Shown here: positions 63,397 to 64,000 of the stretch, in pieces | How positions within the stretch are numbered: position 1 is the stretch's first letter | Layout of the letters: each line of letters starts with the position of its first letter | Assembly: GCA_000708835.1 (NCBI GenBank) | Contig: DF236962.1 | Location: forward strand, 62,001 to 126,000 | Reading direction: 5' to 3' | DNA: 64,000 nt | Source: Klebsormidium nitens | Lineage: Eukaryota > Plantae > Klebsormidiophyceae | Translations under genes and position numbers: made by a program | Notes under the pieces: model-generated | Databases searched by the model: none | What the model was told of the DNA's origin: nothing | The model's input: only the letters and a program-made list of their open reading frames with translations

Positions 63397-64000
63397 CTGC
63401 AGACGCATTCATTGGAAATGCGGCTTGACTTAGACTATAGATGCCGGATCGGGAGGTAAAAGCTTTACCAAACGTCGGTTCTAGGGGGCGGAATATCAAT
63501 GGGGCAGCAGTGTAGAACGATGTGAGCAGAACAGGGTTCCCAACTCTCCGAGAGTTGAATGTTGCTTCTTAGCGGCTCGTAAGATCTAGCAATTCCTATG
63601 CCTCGCCCCGTTAAAGACCAATGAGCTCAGTGGGAGTGCAACACATGCACAGCGGCAGATAGAAAAGACAGATTAAAAGACAAAGTAAGGAAGCCACGGG
63701 TTCGCAAGAACCGAAAGCGCAAAGCGTACTTGGATGCAGTGTTGTAAACACGCGCAACACCAGAAGCAATATAGGATCCGGTTTGCAGTGAGGCCCTTTT
63801 GAAGGACCCTGTCCAAGGTGACAAAGCTGTGGCATCAGAAAAAAACCGACATTATCTGAGCGCCGCCTCATGGCCCCCAACTAGTCCGCATCCTGGCCAC
63901 AAAGAGCATTCTTCTCAAGACAAAGCTTGACCGGGGGCTCTGTCAACAGAATTAAATCAAGAGAGGGCAGATCTTTCAACCTCGTTCCGCGAATGATTTC

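Noticed and set aside
1-64000. rRNA, tRNA, CRISPR array, intact transposon or viral genes
   Set aside because: No cloverleaf, rRNA signature, repeat-spacer array, RT/transposase/integrase motif, TIR or LTR pair was recognised by eye; small ncRNAs could be missed without covariance-model searches.

Overview
This is eukaryotic, intron-rich genomic DNA with GT-AG introns and many (T/G)GCAG acceptors. It carries plant-type genes (AMY2-like alpha-amylase, NUDX14-like Nudix, GEM/GRAM protein, YbaK/PrdX, INSIG-like). Gene content and style suggest a streptophyte green alga such as Klebsormidium; this is inference, not proven. Spliced models were built by hand from splice consensus and exon phase. 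I recognised no rRNA, tRNA, CRISPR array or intact transposon. The main finding is a ~17-kb array (36.2-53.1 kb) of a 3-exon gene family encoding tandem ubiquitin-like (UBL) domains, then a near-canonical ubiquitin, then a MxHxSSG[RK]ID-led C-terminal extension. Four copies have long intact frames and a fifth is a pseudogene missing from the ORF track. Copies 1 and 3 keep LRLRGG and K48. Copies 2 and 4 have LRLRGA or LRLRAG, have lost K48, and carry a frameshift in the terminal coiled coil. Other notable items are an in-frame duplicated exon in the amylase that changes the catalytic Glu, an intronless cNMP-domain AGC kinase with DFG replaced by DNS, a diverged orphan paralog pair, and an ARM/MYND gene whose finger seems incomplete.
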